This document shows positions 36,020-50,076 of a DNA stretch of 64,000 nucleotides, piece after piece; the first letter of the stretch is position 1; every line of letters begins with the position of its first letter. Below the pieces are notes generated by a model. The model searched no databases. It saw only the letters and a list, made by a program, of their open reading frames with translations, and was not told the origin of the DNA. Source of the DNA: Microbotryum violaceum (taxonomy: Eukaryota); the NCBI GenBank assembly GCA_001244265.2, contig CDLV01000015.1:434001-498000 (forward strand), written 5' to 3'. A program made the position numbers and the translations under genes.

Positions 36020-38458
36020 ATGTCTGAGGTCGATCATACACATCGCCTTCCGCAAAATGACGCCCAAGAGTCAGATGATGACTTCGAAGAGCCGCCTTCT
36101 CCGCCGCGCCGCCGCCGTTGGCGTCAACCCATGTCGTACACAGATCGGAGGCCATCCATAGAACCATCGAGACCAGCTGCGACGTCACCTTTGACAACGC
36201 TTTTATCCGAATCTACAAGAAACCATGATCCTAACTCTAGCAATCGTCAGTCTGCCCCTGCTTAGGTCCTTAGCATCATAGCGTGCCTTAGGGACACTTG
36301 CTTGCCGAGTAGCGACGAATACCCGCGGAGTCCGCTCACTCATACACATACATTCATACCCCGTCTTCGGATTGATCTCGATTTCGTTCTCGAGCAACTA
36401 GCATGTCTGACATGGATCGGTCACGGGAACAAAACTGACTCGGTGGGCATCCCATCTCTCTATTGTCAATTTTCAGTTTCAACCAAGCTCATGTTCAAGT
36501 CAAGCGGCTTTTCAAGCGTCGAGAGAATTGTCGGTCTTTCATCCAAGACGAGTAACAATCTCCGTACAACTTCACTTACATGGCAACGCCGAGCATTGTC
36601 GCCAATTGGTTCGCCGTCGTATGCCGGCCATTTGCACGATCATCCGCGTGCAGATCGATTTGAGGGATCGAGCGACTCGGATCTCGGCGACGAGGGATTC
36701 TTCAGATGTTTTGCGCCAGAATGTGATCGAACAACAGCTCAACGACATATAGGCAACGCGAGTAGAGCTTCGAAGAGACCAAGATCAAGGATTGCGGCAA
36801 CCGGTGGGGCCATCATAGGTCGAGCAGCAGAGCCCTCGTCACATCCTGCGCTCACACCGCCAGCTTCACCTCGACGTCTCAGACCTTTACGAAGTACACG
36901 AAAATCGCTCATCGTGCGTGCCCCGGTATTTGCGACGGGCAGTGTGCGTTTCCAAAAGGGGGCTCCTTACCCAACGAGACCCCGTCCACGCATGCTGGAG
37001 CTCGGCGTCGGCACCCTCGACGCTGGAACTTCGGCCTCTCGGGCGACCCCGGAAATCTCGAACTCTCGCAGAATATGTCCTCCCGACCGTTCACTGTGGA
37101 CGATTGAATCTACCGCTTTCCACAGCGTACACCCCCCTTCAATTTGTGCCTCGCCCAGTCGGCGACTTCATCGGATGGATCCACGCACCGGTCGAGCGCA
37201 AACTCGAGCTGCACTTGATAACATCAACACGAGTAGAGAGAGTAGTCCCGTATCACATACAACTGGCAAGAAATGTGAAACCTCATACCAAGGCAAGAGC
37301 GCGCGGTCGACGAAGCGTAAGAAGACGTCGACCAACTCCACACATTTCCTTCCACTGGAGCTCGAGGGATCCAACATCGAATCCTACATCGATGTGCGAC
37401 CTTTGCCAGATTCCACCGCCGAAGATGAGCGGTGTCTGGGGCCTCTACCTCCCCCCGCGCCAGTGCAACCGACTCGGGTGAGAAAGAATGCGCAGCGATT
37501 CCCCAAAGCCCGTCAAGGAAGCACAAAGCGCCCAGAGGAGGAAAAGAACCGAGCTCTAATCCGAGGTCGCTTGGTCAGACATAACACCGCCCTAGAAACC
37601 AGTGTTCACATCTCTTCCAGATTCGGTGCATCCTCATCCGCGGATGGAAACCAAGTCCAGCAAGCGGGTACATCACGAACCCTCGTTCGCCAGCCGTTGT
37701 TCCGTTTTTTCACGGAAGGAAGAAAGAAGAGGCATGCCTGGGGCACGGAAACACATACATTTCTAGGGTCTCAGCAATTGAATCCAAACGACAACGCTCA
37801 GCTGGACTTCCCCTCATCCCGCCTTGGTCAGGGCGGGTCGCCAAGGAGAAGGGCCGATTCGCAATCAGGTGGCGCAAGTAGCGGGTCCTCGTCTGGTCTT
37901 GATCAGCACCCTTTAGGTCTTTCCGAAGCTGAACAATCCAGTCGACACCAATTCGAAGAGCGGCCAACGGAGGCTGAAAATCGTAATCCCTCCTCCTGCT
38001 GGGGCACCAGGACCAGCGGGCAGCCAAGAAATGGTCAGACTCTTCGCCAAGATCGGTGCGTCTTAGTCCGAACCCCTCGTCCAGACGTAAGCTGGCCAAC
38101 GCCAACGTCAAGCATCGAAGCCAAGCCCCCGCAATACTACTGCTTGGCCGGAACGAATCTTACGGTGCGAACACCAACACCTTTTAGATCGCCGACGGCA
38201 TCGCCGCTCAAGGATTCGACAAATGGACACCACTCGTCATCCATGTCATTATCGCGGGAGAGCGAGATCGTATCACTTCCGTCCTCCAACCCAATAGGAC
38301 AAGGGATGAATGGACTTCAACGTGACGGCGAGTCGGACTTTGACGAAGCAGTCCTGGACGAGTGGCTGGAGCCGGTTGACGAGATGGAACCACCAAGCGA
38401 CTTGCTTCAACTTGAAGTACAGTCCAAATCAGTTACCGGCGACCAGGCTCGAATCTAG
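36020..38458 (+). CDS. Hypothetical disordered R/S/P-rich protein
   Basis: A 718-codon open frame (36302-38458) plus a probable upstream exon from ATG 36020. No recognisable domain. Confidence 0.55.
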
Positions 38459-38575
38459 GGCATCCACGCTTTCAGTGATGAACACTGAACATTCTCAGAC
38501 TACAATGCATACGGACAGCTTGAAGACACACAGGATTTTTGATGAACGGAGCCCCAGCATTACGACGACAGAAGA

Positions 38576-41500
38576 TCAGAATAGCATGTAGTCTTGAGAC
38601 AAGGGAAGTTTTGTGGCTGGCTCGACGATGCAATGAACACCGTCCGCTTCGACCTGTGGTAGTAGAGTCAGCTCACTTCGTTCGGTATGGTAACACCCCT
38701 TCAGCCAATTCGACACTTACTCGATAGGTCTCAGGGTTGACGCTAATCTTGGGAGTGATCGAATTATTCTTCATGTCCTTCTTCCCGATGTTGCGACAAT
38801 TGCGGACCGCGATGGGTCGTTTCTTGAGCGAATAGTTCGCGATAGTTCCCGAGGAAAGAGAAAGAGCCGACACGAACAGCACTGAGTTGAGGGCCGCGGC
38901 TTCAGCATGCGAACCCCACATTGGTCGAGAGATGACGGGCTGCACGGTCGGAATCGAGGCATTTGCGTCGCCCATGCTGGCCCAAGCGATTACACCGCCC
39001 TTGAGGATCGTTTCAGGCCGAACACCAAAGTTTTGAGGTTGCCACAGCACGAGATCGGCGAGTTTGCCGACAGCGATGTCACCGATAACGTGCGACATAC
39101 CATGAGTGATAGCCGGATTGATCGTGTACTTGGCGATGTAGCGCTTGACCCGCTCGTTGTCGCAGTCGGGTCGCGTCTCCTCCTTGAGCGGACCCGTGAA
39201 GTCCTTCATCTTGGCCGCTGTGCGCCACGTGCGAGACACAACCTCTCCAATACGTCCCATGGCCTGCGAATCGGAAGAAATCATCGAAATAGCCCCCATA
39301 TCTTGCAGGACATCCTCGGCCGCGACGGTCTCGGCACGAATGCGCGATTCGGCGAACGAGATGTCTTCCGGGATCGCTCGATCAAGATGATGGCAGACCA
39401 TGAGCATGTCGAGGTGCTCATCGAGCGTGTTGGCACAATAAGGTCGGGTCGGATTTGTCGAACTGGGCAAGACATTCTCGTGACCAGCGAGCACGATGAT
39501 GTCTGGAGCGTGACCACCCCCGGCTCCTTCGGTGTGGTAGGTGTGGATCGTGCGGCCCTTAAAGGCCGCAATGGTGTCTTCGACAAAGCCCGACTCGTTG
39601 AGCGTATCAGTGTGGATGTTGATCTGCACATCATAGTCGTCACCAACGCTGAGCGCGGTATCGATCGAAGCCGGCGTCGTGCCCCAATCTTCGTGCAACT
39701 TGAGGCCGGCGGCTCCGAATCGGACCTGATCGATAAGACCAACTCTGCCGCTGTCGTTACCCTTGCCCGTGAACGCAAAATTGAGCGGCACCCCATCGGT
39801 CGCGGCCATCATCATGTGCATGTACGTCTGCGATGGGGTGCAAGTAGTCGCATTCGTGCCCGCGGACGGTCCGGTGCCACCACCGATCAAGGTCGTCGTT
39901 CCCGATGCCATGGCCTCGGTCCACAGTTGAGGGCAGATGTAGTGCACGTGTGCGTCGATCGCGCCCGCGGTCACGATCATCTTTTCTCCAGCCATCACCT
40001 CGGTATTGACGCCCACGATCATGCCTGGCGTAACCCCTTGCATCACGTCGGGGTTGCCTCCTTTGCCAATTCCAACGATGTGGTTCTTCTTGATGCCGAT
40101 GTCGGCTTTGTAGATGCCGTTCCAGTCGATAATCAGCGCATTGGTGATGACGAGATCGAGCGTCATATCGTCAGGTAGACCCGTCGCTTGTCCCATTCCT
40201 TCACGAATGACTTTGCCTGTGTAGGGCCTCGATGTATGGTCAGAAATGCGAAGAAAACGACCGAGGGGTCGAGCACGTACCGCCTCCGAATTTGAGTTCA
40301 TCGCCATAGACGGTCTTGTCGTGCTCAACCTCGACCCAGAGATTGGTGTCACCGAGTCGAATACGATCCCCAGTCGTCGGACCGTACATGCTCGCATATG
40401 TCTCACGGCTGATGATGGCACCCTCGATCTCGGTACCCACCACGGCGCCCGGCTGCTCCTCATGCTTGAAGCCCTTCTCGACGAGAGATTGAATGATCTG
40501 ATCGTAGTGGACCTGGTTCGCGAGCCGAGTGGCGGGGCCATTGACGAGCGAGTTGCCGCCCGTGACTATTTGGTTGCCAGCGATGTCGACGAGGGTAACG
40601 GTTTTCGAATCACCAGGTTCGAACCGAACGGCTGTGCCTGCGGCGATGTCGAGTCTTCGGAAGAAGGCGAGCGAGCGGTCGAACTTGAGCGCTTTGTTGA
40701 CCTCGCTGAAGTGATAGTGCGAGCCAACCTATACCAATCGAAGTGCAGATCAATCTGAATTAGCTTTTGACGTAAAGGATCATGTTAAGCAACGTCGACT
40801 GACCTGAATTGGACGATCGCCAGTGTTGGTGACCTTGACCTTGACGCGTTTACGGCCGACGTTGAGGGCGATCGGTGCGTTCTTCTTGAAAACTAGGGCA
40901 CCAGGTAGCTCTTCACGCTTCGGTTCCTCTTCGAGTGGCCCGAAAATATTCTCGGGAGGGATCGGTAGAAACGACCCGTAGAGCGCCAACTTGAGCGAGC
41001 CTTGGGCCGAAGCGATGGGGTCGTGACTGAAGTGGATACGAGTTGTGAGGACAAGAATCCAGATCATCGGCTCAGGATGAATTGACTCCATGTACACTCA
41101 CACAGTGACCAGAAACACACCATCTGGAAAGGCGCCTTCGACTTGGATCTCGTGCAGCATCGCCGGAACGGACTTGACGGAGATAGCAAAGCCCAGTCAA
41201 TACACGAGCAGGGCAAACACAAATCGCGGGGCTTACAGGAAGAACATGGGCTCTACCTAGGACCTCCTTGCCTAGTGTTACCAAAGTCGAGGGGCATGGG
41301 GACAGATGTGAGGGGGTCAGTCCGTGGCGGTCTCGATAACGAATGAGGTCGGTGGGTGCGTGTGGGGCGGCACGTCAAAGGACAGCGAATCACAACCTAC
41401 CTAGCTGCATCAGCTCTGCGACCGAGTGCTTGCCATCACGGATAAGCTCTTGGAGCACACTTGCGATAAGGGCCGTCGCTTCGGTGATGTTGAGCTTCAC

Positions 41501-41671
41501 CCCCCGCGCCAGTCGTCGTTGCGCGAGCGAGCCAACGTTCGATAAGAGCACCTGGGCAGGCGAAGTAGCAATTCAAGACGTGTGGGAAGAACATAAGTGA
41601 GTGAAACTGATAACCGAACCACGTCTCATTGTAGGACGTACCTTGTCAATCTCTCGTGGGAGCAGATGCAT
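38576..41671 (-). CDS. URE1: Urease (fused gamma-beta-alpha, eukaryotic type)
   Basis: Motifs [66 protein letters not shown] and [12 protein letters not shown]. Confidence 0.98.
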
Positions 41672-42822
41672 CTTGATCGAGTCGTCAACGCGAGCTGCTG
41701 ATGTGGGGTGAAGGTCACACGCCAAGCCATTTAAAGCCAGTAGTTGCGGGCTACGCGAGCCCCGACCGGCGGCAACCCCGCATCGTTGACGACTTCCCGC
41801 AACGTTCCCGCTTGGAATGTCGTAAGTTCTTCGATTGCCATTTACCTTTAGGTTTTTGTGTCACAAACCCCTTTTGGGTTGGCTTGCGCAGTAGTGGCGC
41901 CCCTAACCCCCATTTTCGGGACTTGCCTTACCCCGCACGGAGGTGTCCACCTGCCAGCGACCCCTCACACCAGCCCGAGCGCGCTGAAGGAGATGCGGGC
42001 GCGCCGTCCTACATTCTGGGAATTGGACCATACACTGCATTTCCCTCGCAGTTCGAGTCTGAGCCTTGAGGTGTCCTGGTTTCTGACCTGGCTCTTTTGC
42101 GTGTGGGATATAAGTGCTTGGGTACGGGCCTACATATTGGTATCTCTCTCCGACCGCTCCCGTTGGCCGTCCGCGAAAAACCTACAAAGAAAACAAGGAC
42201 GAGGGCCGTGCTCATGGACATCGACCAATCAGAGGAGGGCGGTCTTCATCGATCTTTTGCTTTGTGCCCTTCCGGGGCTTCAACACCAGGGCTTGAAAAG
42301 AGACATTTGCAAGTCTGCACCGGAGTGCATGCGGCTCCCCCGCGCCGACGCGTTCGGCGCGCAACAGTGATGTCATTAGCGCCGTTTAGCGCGAAAATCG
42401 AGGCCGGGGGTCGGGCGCTAAATCGGGTGCTCCCCACCATTTTGTCGATGCCCCTGGCGCCGCCCCGGCCCTTCACGCGACTTTTAGCCCCACGCCTCTT
42501 TTTCTTCTCCACTGATCATCGTCGACCACAATAGCAAGTGGTGAGTACTCGTCCACCCTGTGCGCAACTTTCATGGCGGCAACATCCTACCTGTAGCACG
42601 GACGCTCGAAGCCTCGGGCGCAGCAGACGTTGTTGCTCAGCTCGAACCTACGATTGGTCCTAAACGCTTTCGCTCGTTCCTGCCGTACTTGCGGGATGAT
42701 TGGTCAACTGACGTCAGTTAGTTTCCGCTGCCCCTCTTCTCTTCACTCCTTTCTTTTACTCGACGTCGCGCAACGGGATACATTCACAGCGCCCAAACCT
42801 TACATCGCGTAAAAAGTCAAAC

Positions 42823-45778
42823 ATGGACACCAAAGGTCGCATGGACCCGAGCCTGGCTCGGCAAAAAGAGCTGATGGGCCAGAACAAGCCCAAGGGATCG
42901 GCCGTGCACAACGAGAAGGCGGTTGGGTCGATCCACTCGGACGACAACATCAACGCCAAGTTGGAAGTCAGTCCTTTTTCCTCCACACGAACGACTGTCT
43001 GACTATTGCCGTTCTCCGATCCTCAAGTTCGCGTCTTTCATAAAGCTGATTTTCCCATTTCGGCACGGAACTCGCCCTTCCGCAGAACCCGCTCGCCGGC
43101 ATTTCGTTGGACCGCTTGCAAGCTATGGGCCGAGCTTTCGCGCACGAGAAGGGGCTCGGTGAATACGAAGAAGAGTTTGCCAAAGGTGAGTGCCGAGGTG
43201 AAAGGCTTGCTCAACCTCCACCAAAGCCATCCGCCCCTCCCGACGGGATGATCTGCGGTTCGGGGAGGCCCCTCTTTCCGCCGGCGATCTGACCCCGGCG
43301 GGCCCTTCGTCTCCCTGCTAGGTGCCATGGTCGCGCAAGACCCCTTGGCTTTCGAGTCCTTGCCCATGCTCGACGACGCGGACAAGAACATTCTGCGCCG
43401 TGAAGTCACCCACAAAGTGAGTGTAACGGAGATGCGTAGATCACGTGATGCGATCGTATTGTTGACACTGACATATGCCAATCGCAGTGGGACCACCCGA
43501 AGCAACTGTACATGTTGGTGATCTGCTGCTCGGTAGCAGCTGCGGTTCAAGGTAAGGTGGAACATTTGTTCTGGTGCCTGACAACTACTTCTGACTCTGT
43601 CCGGACTCGTTATTTCGGCTTCAGGCATGGACGAGTCAGTCACGAACGGTGCAAACCTGTTCTGGGCCCCTCAATTCGGCCTCGAAACTGCTGCTTTGCT
43701 TCCGAACGGTCAAGTGAACGCAAATGCTGGCAAGGTGAGTCAGGAGGTGGAGCTGCGCACGTTGAACGCGACGTCGATTTGACTATTTGTCCACTCCCCG
43801 CAGAACCAATGGCTGCTCGGACTGACCGCCGGTGCCCCTTACCTCGCCTGCGCCGTGCTCGGATGCTGGCTTACTTCGCCTCTGAACCGCTTCTTCGGTC
43901 GACGAGGAGCCATCTTCATCACCGCGACTGTTTCGGGTCTCGCCTGCATCTGGTCCGGCGTAACCAACTCGTGGCCGCACTTGTTCGCTTCACGCATCGT
44001 GCTCGGCCTCGGGATCGGCGCAAAGAGTGCCACGGTTCCCGTCTACGCTGCTGAAACTGCCCCTCCCTTGATCCGCGGTGCCCTCGTTATGGTGAGCACA
44101 CTCGAGTCGTCTCGCATCCGAGCGATAGTGTTGGCAGTTACTCATCCCTCGTCCCGGTTCTGCCCAATAGCAATGGCAAGTCTGGACCGCCTTCGGCATC
44201 ATGCTCGGCACAGTCTCGTCCCTCATCTTCTTCCGCGTCAAGGATCCCGCCCACATCACCGGCCGTAAGTCGTGACCCAGAGAGCTGGGCAACTAGAACA
44301 CAACGGCCTCGATTGACTTGAATCATCTTGCGCTTTGGATTCGACGCAGTCAATTGGCGCCTCATGCTCGGTTCCGCAGGCTTGCCCGCATTCTTCGTCA
44401 TGGCACAGTGAGTTCCAGACGTCTATTCGGCATCCACAGTGCACACTCCTCACACCCATACTGCACTATTCCATAGGGTCTACACTCTGCCCGAGTCGCC
44501 CAGGTGGCTTTTGAGCAAGGGTCGTTACGCCGACGCCTTCAAGTCGCTCTGCCGCCTTCGTCACACTCGTCTCCAGGCTGCACGTGATTTGTTCTTTATC
44601 CACGCCCTGCTAGAGGAGGAATCAACGATCTCGACCGACCGACCTGCCTTTATCGAAATGTTTGCTGGTGGGTGTCTTGCCGCTTCTTCGCACCCATCCC
44701 TGGTCTGCACTGTTAGCTGACCGAGCCAGCTTTGTTTTCTGTGCTCAGTCCCACGCAACCGTCGCGCCGCTCTGGCTTCGGGCATCGTCATGTTCATGCA
44801 GCAATTCTGCGGTATCAACGTCATCGCTTACTATTCGTCGACCGTCTTCCGTGAAGCCGGCTTCTCGGAACTGAACGCCTTGGGAGCCACGCTAGGCTTT
44901 GGAGCGCTCAACTGGATCATGGCCGCGCCTGCCGTCTGGACCATTGACACCTACGGGCGTCGCACCTTGTTGCTTACGACGTTCCCGCTCATGGCCTTGT
45001 TCTTGTTGATGACCGGAATGGCATTCTTCATTCCCGAGGAATCCAAGGCGCGCGTCGCCGTCGTCGCTCTCGGCATCTACCTTCACTGCATCGCGTACTC
45101 CCCCGGCGAAGGCCCGGTGCCTTTCACTTACTCGGCCGAAGCGTTCCCTCTTTACATTCGTGAGACGGGCATGTCGTTCGCCACAGCCGTCACATGGGGC
45201 TGGAACTTGTGAGTCGACCTCGAGTCTTTGGATGGTTGTGCAAGCGAGGTGGCTGATGTCATTCTTCTTCTTCAGCATTGTCGCACTTACTTTCCCTCGA
45301 TTGCTCGGTGCCTTCAAGCCCCAAGGAGCGTTCGGTTGGTACGCGGCATGGAATATCATCGGATGGTTCTTGATCCTCTTTTTTGTAAGCTTTCCGACCT
45401 CACACTGAATCGGGTAGACCAGTCGCTAAGTATTGGGGTTTGATTCTTCATTAGGTCCCCGAGACCAAGGCGTTATCGTTGGAAGAACTGGACCAAGTCT
45501 TCTCCGTGCCGACCAAGAAGCATGCCGCTTTCCAGCTCCGCGCCACATCTTACTTTATCCGCAAGCACATTCTTCGTCAGCAGGTGAGTCGGAGCTGTCT
45601 CCACACGTCAAACCCGGATATAGACGACTAACAATAATTCTTCCTTGCTACCCACCAACAGGTCGGTCCCCAAGAGCGCCTTTACCACTGGGACAACAAT
45701 TCCGACGATGTCGCCCCGCGCCGCAACCTCGGCGGTGCTGAAGCCAACGCGCCCAACGTTCTCATGACTGGATTATGA
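42823..45778 (+). CDS. MFS sugar-porter family transporter (polyol/myo-inositol-like)
   Basis: Motifs NPLAGIS, AAAVQGMDESVTNGA, FGRRGAI, PVYAAETAP, LPESPRWL, QQFCGINVIAYYS, IDTYGRR, GEGPVPFTYSAEAFP and PETKALSLEELD. A probable 5'UTR intron spans about 42541-42789. Confidence 0.93.
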
Positions 45779-46129
45779 AGCGACGGAACATTATTATCAA
45801 GCTAATAACACGGTTTATCTTGATTGGCGCACCTTTTTTTGTGTCTTACATCCTTACGTTTTATCGTAGTTGAACTCGCTGTAAACAATTTCCATGTCGG
45901 AAGCGAAGAATTGATCAGGGGGCCCACGTCCAAACAAGATGGCCCTTCTCTGCTGATTCGGAGAAAGATTGACTTGTAGCACTTGTCGTAGCAGACTGTC
46001 CGGCATGATGACGAAACGAGAACAGATCTTTGCCCAGCTGGTCCGAGCGGCGGCCGGGCTGCTCCAGTTGGCCTCACCCCATTCCCCCCCGCTCACCCCC
46101 CACGCGACCCAGCCGTGCCGAGATCCAGC

Positions 46130-47812
46130 ATGCTCGCCAAGCGAGCAGCCAGGATCGCTTCTTGCTCGACATGTCGATCCAATTCGACTCGAGCGCTATC
46201 GAGCACCAGCCATCGCATTACCTCGAGCCGTCGACCTTCGCCCTCATCCTCAGTCGTCGCAGCGACAGCCTCGACCGCGGCATGGAAGGGCAAGGCTAGG
46301 GCGAGTGATGAGCTACTCAGCAGATGGGCGTGCACCAGCGCAACAGGGGCAATAGCATCGACATCGCCCATACGAGCAGAGGCAGCGACCACAGCAGCCG
46401 CAGCCGCAGCCGCAGCCGCAGCCGCAACGGGATCGTCTTCGCATGCGCAATCGCCCTCGGTCGTCTACGCCCACGACGACCTCCTGTCACGGACACCGAC
46501 GACAGCATCCACTGCGAATCGGCGTCGTAAGTCGAGACGCGACGCCGACCCCAACAGGGCGCAGCAGGACTACTTTTCCCCCTCGTACCTGCGAGAGGAG
46601 GAGCCGCCGCTGCAGCCGCCGTCTACCTCTCCGCTCGTACCGCTCGCCAATCCGATCCCCAAGCCCCATCCGCCGACAGTGCTCTCCAATGGGTTACCCA
46701 ACCCCGAAATCCGATGGAGGAGCAAAGCTATTACCTCCATCTCGGATGACTGGGCCCTGTACAAGTCGCTCTCCAAGGCGCGGCTGTCGGCCTTCACCGT
46801 CCTGACCGCGATGGCCGGTTACGCGATGTGTCCCGTAGACCCATCCACGACCACGGCAGCTATGGAAGCATTTGCCCAGTCCATCGCCTCGACCGGCGTG
46901 TCGTTGCAATCGTTGTCCTCGACCCCGACCACAGCGGCGCTGTCGTCTTCGCCCGCGAACGACCTGACCCTCTCGGTCCTCCTCCCGATGACGGTCGGAA
47001 CAGCGCTGTGCTCGGCTTCAGCCGCTTCGCTGAACGAGTTGATCGAAGCACCCTATGATGCACAAATGGCTCGCACGCGTGCTCGGCCCCTCCCCAAACG
47101 TCAACTTACGCCATTGCACGTCGCGACATTTGGTGCCCTCACGGGTACGATCGGCGTCGGCACCCTCTTCGCCGTCAACCCGCTCGCGGGCTCGATCGGA
47201 CTCGGCACGATACTGCTCTACTGCCCACTCTACACGATCGCGAAACGACACACCGTCTACAACACATGGTTGGGGGCCATCGTCGGTGCTCTCCCCCCCA
47301 TGATCGGCTGGGCAGCTTGCACCTCCTCGATCGCACCGACGACCCAACTAGGCGCGTGGGCCCTCTTCTTCGTCCTCTACGCATGGCAGTTCCCGCACTT
47401 CAACTCGTTGGCCTACACCCTTCGATCAGCGTACGCTTCATCAGGATACCGAATGCTCGCCGTTCTCGACCCCGCCAAGAACGCCCTCGTCTCCCTACGC
47501 TACTCCCTCGCTCTCCTCCCGATGTGCTGGAGTTTCCCTCTCCTCGGCCTCACGAACCCTTGGTTCGCGTTTTTGGCGACGGTGCCGAATGGGGCGATGG
47601 CGTGGGCTGCGTGGAAGTTCTGGCGACGCAAGGAGGAAAGGAACGCCAAGGTGTTGTTTTGGGCCAGTTTGGTGCATCTGCCCGTTGTGCTGGGGATGGC
47701 CATGTTGTGCAAGAAGGGGTTGTGGGGATCGAATGAGATGGACGAAGAAGCAGTGGTCGTGGACGCAGAACTCGAGCGGAAGCAGGCCAACGAGGCTGCC
47801 AGATTGGTTTGA
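46130..47812 (+). CDS. COX10: Protoheme IX farnesyltransferase, mitochondrial (intronless)
   Basis: Motifs LSKARLS, NELIEAPYDAQMARTRARPL, NTWLGAIVGALPPMIGW, WQFPHFNSL and LFWASLVHLP. Confidence 0.96.
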   Translation: MLAKRAARIASCSTCRSNSTRALSSTSHRITSSRRPSPSSSVVAATASTAAWKGKARASDELLSRWACTSATGAIASTSPIRAEAATTAAAAAAAAAAATGSSSHAQSPSVVYAHDDLLSRTPTTASTANRRRKSRRDADPNRAQQDYFSPSYLREEEPPLQPPSTSPLVPLANPIPKPHPPTVLSNGLPNPEIRWRSKAITSISDDWALYKSLSKARLSAFTVLTAMAGYAMCPVDPSTTTAAMEAFAQSIASTGVSLQSLSSTPTTAALSSSPANDLTLSVLLPMTVGTALCSASAASLNELIEAPYDAQMARTRARPLPKRQLTPLHVATFGALTGTIGVGTLFAVNPLAGSIGLGTILLYCPLYTIAKRHTVYNTWLGAIVGALPPMIGWAACTSSIAPTTQLGAWALFFVLYAWQFPHFNSLAYTLRSAYASSGYRMLAVLDPAKNALVSLRYSLALLPMCWSFPLLGLTNPWFAFLATVPNGAMAWAAWKFWRRKEERNAKVLFWASLVHLPVVLGMAMLCKKGLWGSNEMDEEAVVVDAELERKQANEAARLV

Positions 47813-48060
47813 GTAGTAGGCATGGGGTCCGTAATCGAGCAGAGCCCCTTAGTCAGATTTAGGTCGCCACGGCTGATAGCTCGCCGGAAAGGCTGGTCAT
47901 GTATTACAACGTAGTTAAAAACGATTGGTATGACCCGTAGTGGGCACTAAATTATATATTAAGAGCTTCAAGAAGAAAAATCTGTGCTTTCGCAGTGGGC
48001 GTGGCGACCTCCCGAACGACATCATGTTTGCGACGTTGGAAGCGACCCTTTCAATATCAC

Positions 48061-49543
48061 TCAGGCCGTCCGACTGGCTTGCCCGTTCTTGAAGCTCGCC
48101 TGTGTCAACGGTCGTTGATCCTCATTCAGATTCTTGGTTCCCGATGAGCCCCAGCCGTACTTCTTCGGCTGCGCGTCCGCCCTCCGAGTCGATGCCGAGA
48201 CCGCCGCATCGCTGCTCGAAGTTCCCTTCACCGCCGTAGCTACGGAGGTCGGCGTACTCGCTTCAGGGCTATCGGGAGCAAAGTCACCCGAAACATCTCT
48301 TTCACCAGGTCGTTCACCCGTCTTGCCCGACATGGCAGCACTGGATAAGGCCTCTTGCGCAGCGGACTCGGGGGAGACCCCTGTCTTGGACTTGGCGATA
48401 AGATAATCTTCGAGTAAGAGCGCATTGCGCGAGTTGGCCTTCCAGACGGCCAAGATGATATCTCCCACCTATTAGGCGAGGGGATAGGAGATAAGCAGTG
48501 TCAGCGATCGAACATTCAGAGGATTTGGCTGCTAGATGTCGCTTACGAGAGGGATCATTCCGACACCGGAGCCGACCATTTGGTCTGGGTAGCAAGAATA
48601 CAGATCATTCGTGAGTCGGTTGTCGTGATACACCGAACACGGCTCGTCGCTGGACTCACTGAAAACCATTCGACTCTGCACGCTTGCCGGAAGACTGAGA
48701 CGGAAAAGACCGGTAAGCTCGATGCGGTCTAGACCTGATGGAAGCCGGTGCAAATCACTCACTCCGCTTGTCGGCATTTTTTCAGAACAAAGGAGTAGGA
48801 AAGCAAGAAGCCAATGATGTCGCCGAGGAAGCTGATGAGATCCAACGAGAGCAAATTCGGATATCAGCTTTCGCTTCCCTCCCACGCTCGCCTTCGAGAA
48901 AGGCTCAAGACGCGAGGGTACAATGTTGTACAGTGCGACTAACGGAATAAGTCCAAAGATTGCTGTCCAACCGAAGCGAAAACCACAAAGCGAAAAACCC
49001 TTGTCGAGGTAATGGGCGCGACGTCGGACCGACCTCTGTCAATCAGGGGATCATTTGCGCATCAGCTGGCAGTGACGAGGCTAAGAACGTCGGACTGTGT
49101 ATACTGACGAGAATTCGTTTGTCCTTCTTACTCAGCCCTTCTGGCATCGCACGCTTGCGCGAGTGGGTCTTGCCGCGGTCATCTTGGTACGTCTGGGAAC
49201 AGGCCGGGTATTGTGTCACGCGCGAAGGGATCGGCGAGTCGGCGACCGATGGGATCGACGTCATTGACCAGGCACGTAAAGCCGGGCGACCCGAGACGAG
49301 ATGAGCATCGTAGGAAGAGATGTGCGACATGTCAGCTGGAGCCAGTTGGATAGTACATGCTCATAGACACTAGGGCACTAACCTCATAATGAGGGTCGGT
49401 CGGCTCCATTCTGTAGTGCCATAAATCGGCGCCGCACACGGACGAACGATCGGCGGATCAGCTCTTGTTGAATTCCGGCTGCAGTCTAATGCCGACAGCA
49501 GATAAATATGGGTGACCCACACCGCTGCTTGACCCGCGAACAT
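48061..49543 (-). CDS. DUF4112 family membrane protein (start approximate)
   Basis: Motifs VRRRAHYLDKGFSLCGFRFGW...GLIP-VGD, RMVFN and GMIPLVGDIILAVWKANSRNALLLEDYL. Confidence 0.85.
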
Positions 49544-50076
49544 CTTGCGTCCTACTTTCTTGGCGACGAAAGACTATAGTCCGGTACGAAGGGGGCAGTC
49601 GTTGTGTCAGGCTCGTTGGCCGATCGCGTCGGCCCTGAGGCCTGAGCGCCTGAGCGACGACCAGGAGGACGGAAACGAGCGCAAAACGAGTCAGCAAGGC
49701 TTCGGGTACTAACCATATTTGCTTAGATGATGTAGGGCGAAGCGAGGGAGGCGAGCTGGTGAAGACGAGCGGGGACCGTAGGGCAAGTAAAACGCTTGAT
49801 GAGCGAGTGTGTGGTGCGATAAAGAGTGACAGCATGCGAGGTCACGCGCGGAGCTGCACGGGCCTTTGATGATTAAACCCAATTAGAGGCACCGCGCTTC
49901 GACCTACCTTCGGCTTTCCCCAAGACATCGGTGACAGGAAAACTCATGCATGTAAATGTAGATTGCAATGTGGCTTGAGGTCTTAGTGATACACAAGACG
50001 ATCGTCATGATATAAGTAAGCGACATGATCACCATTATGGGTGGGGTGGGACGAAAGGAAGCAGGTATTCGCACCA

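Noticed and set aside
38907-40178. 423-aa plus-strand ORF
   Set aside because: It is antisense to the urease main exon and explained by codon bias on the coding strand; no motifs.
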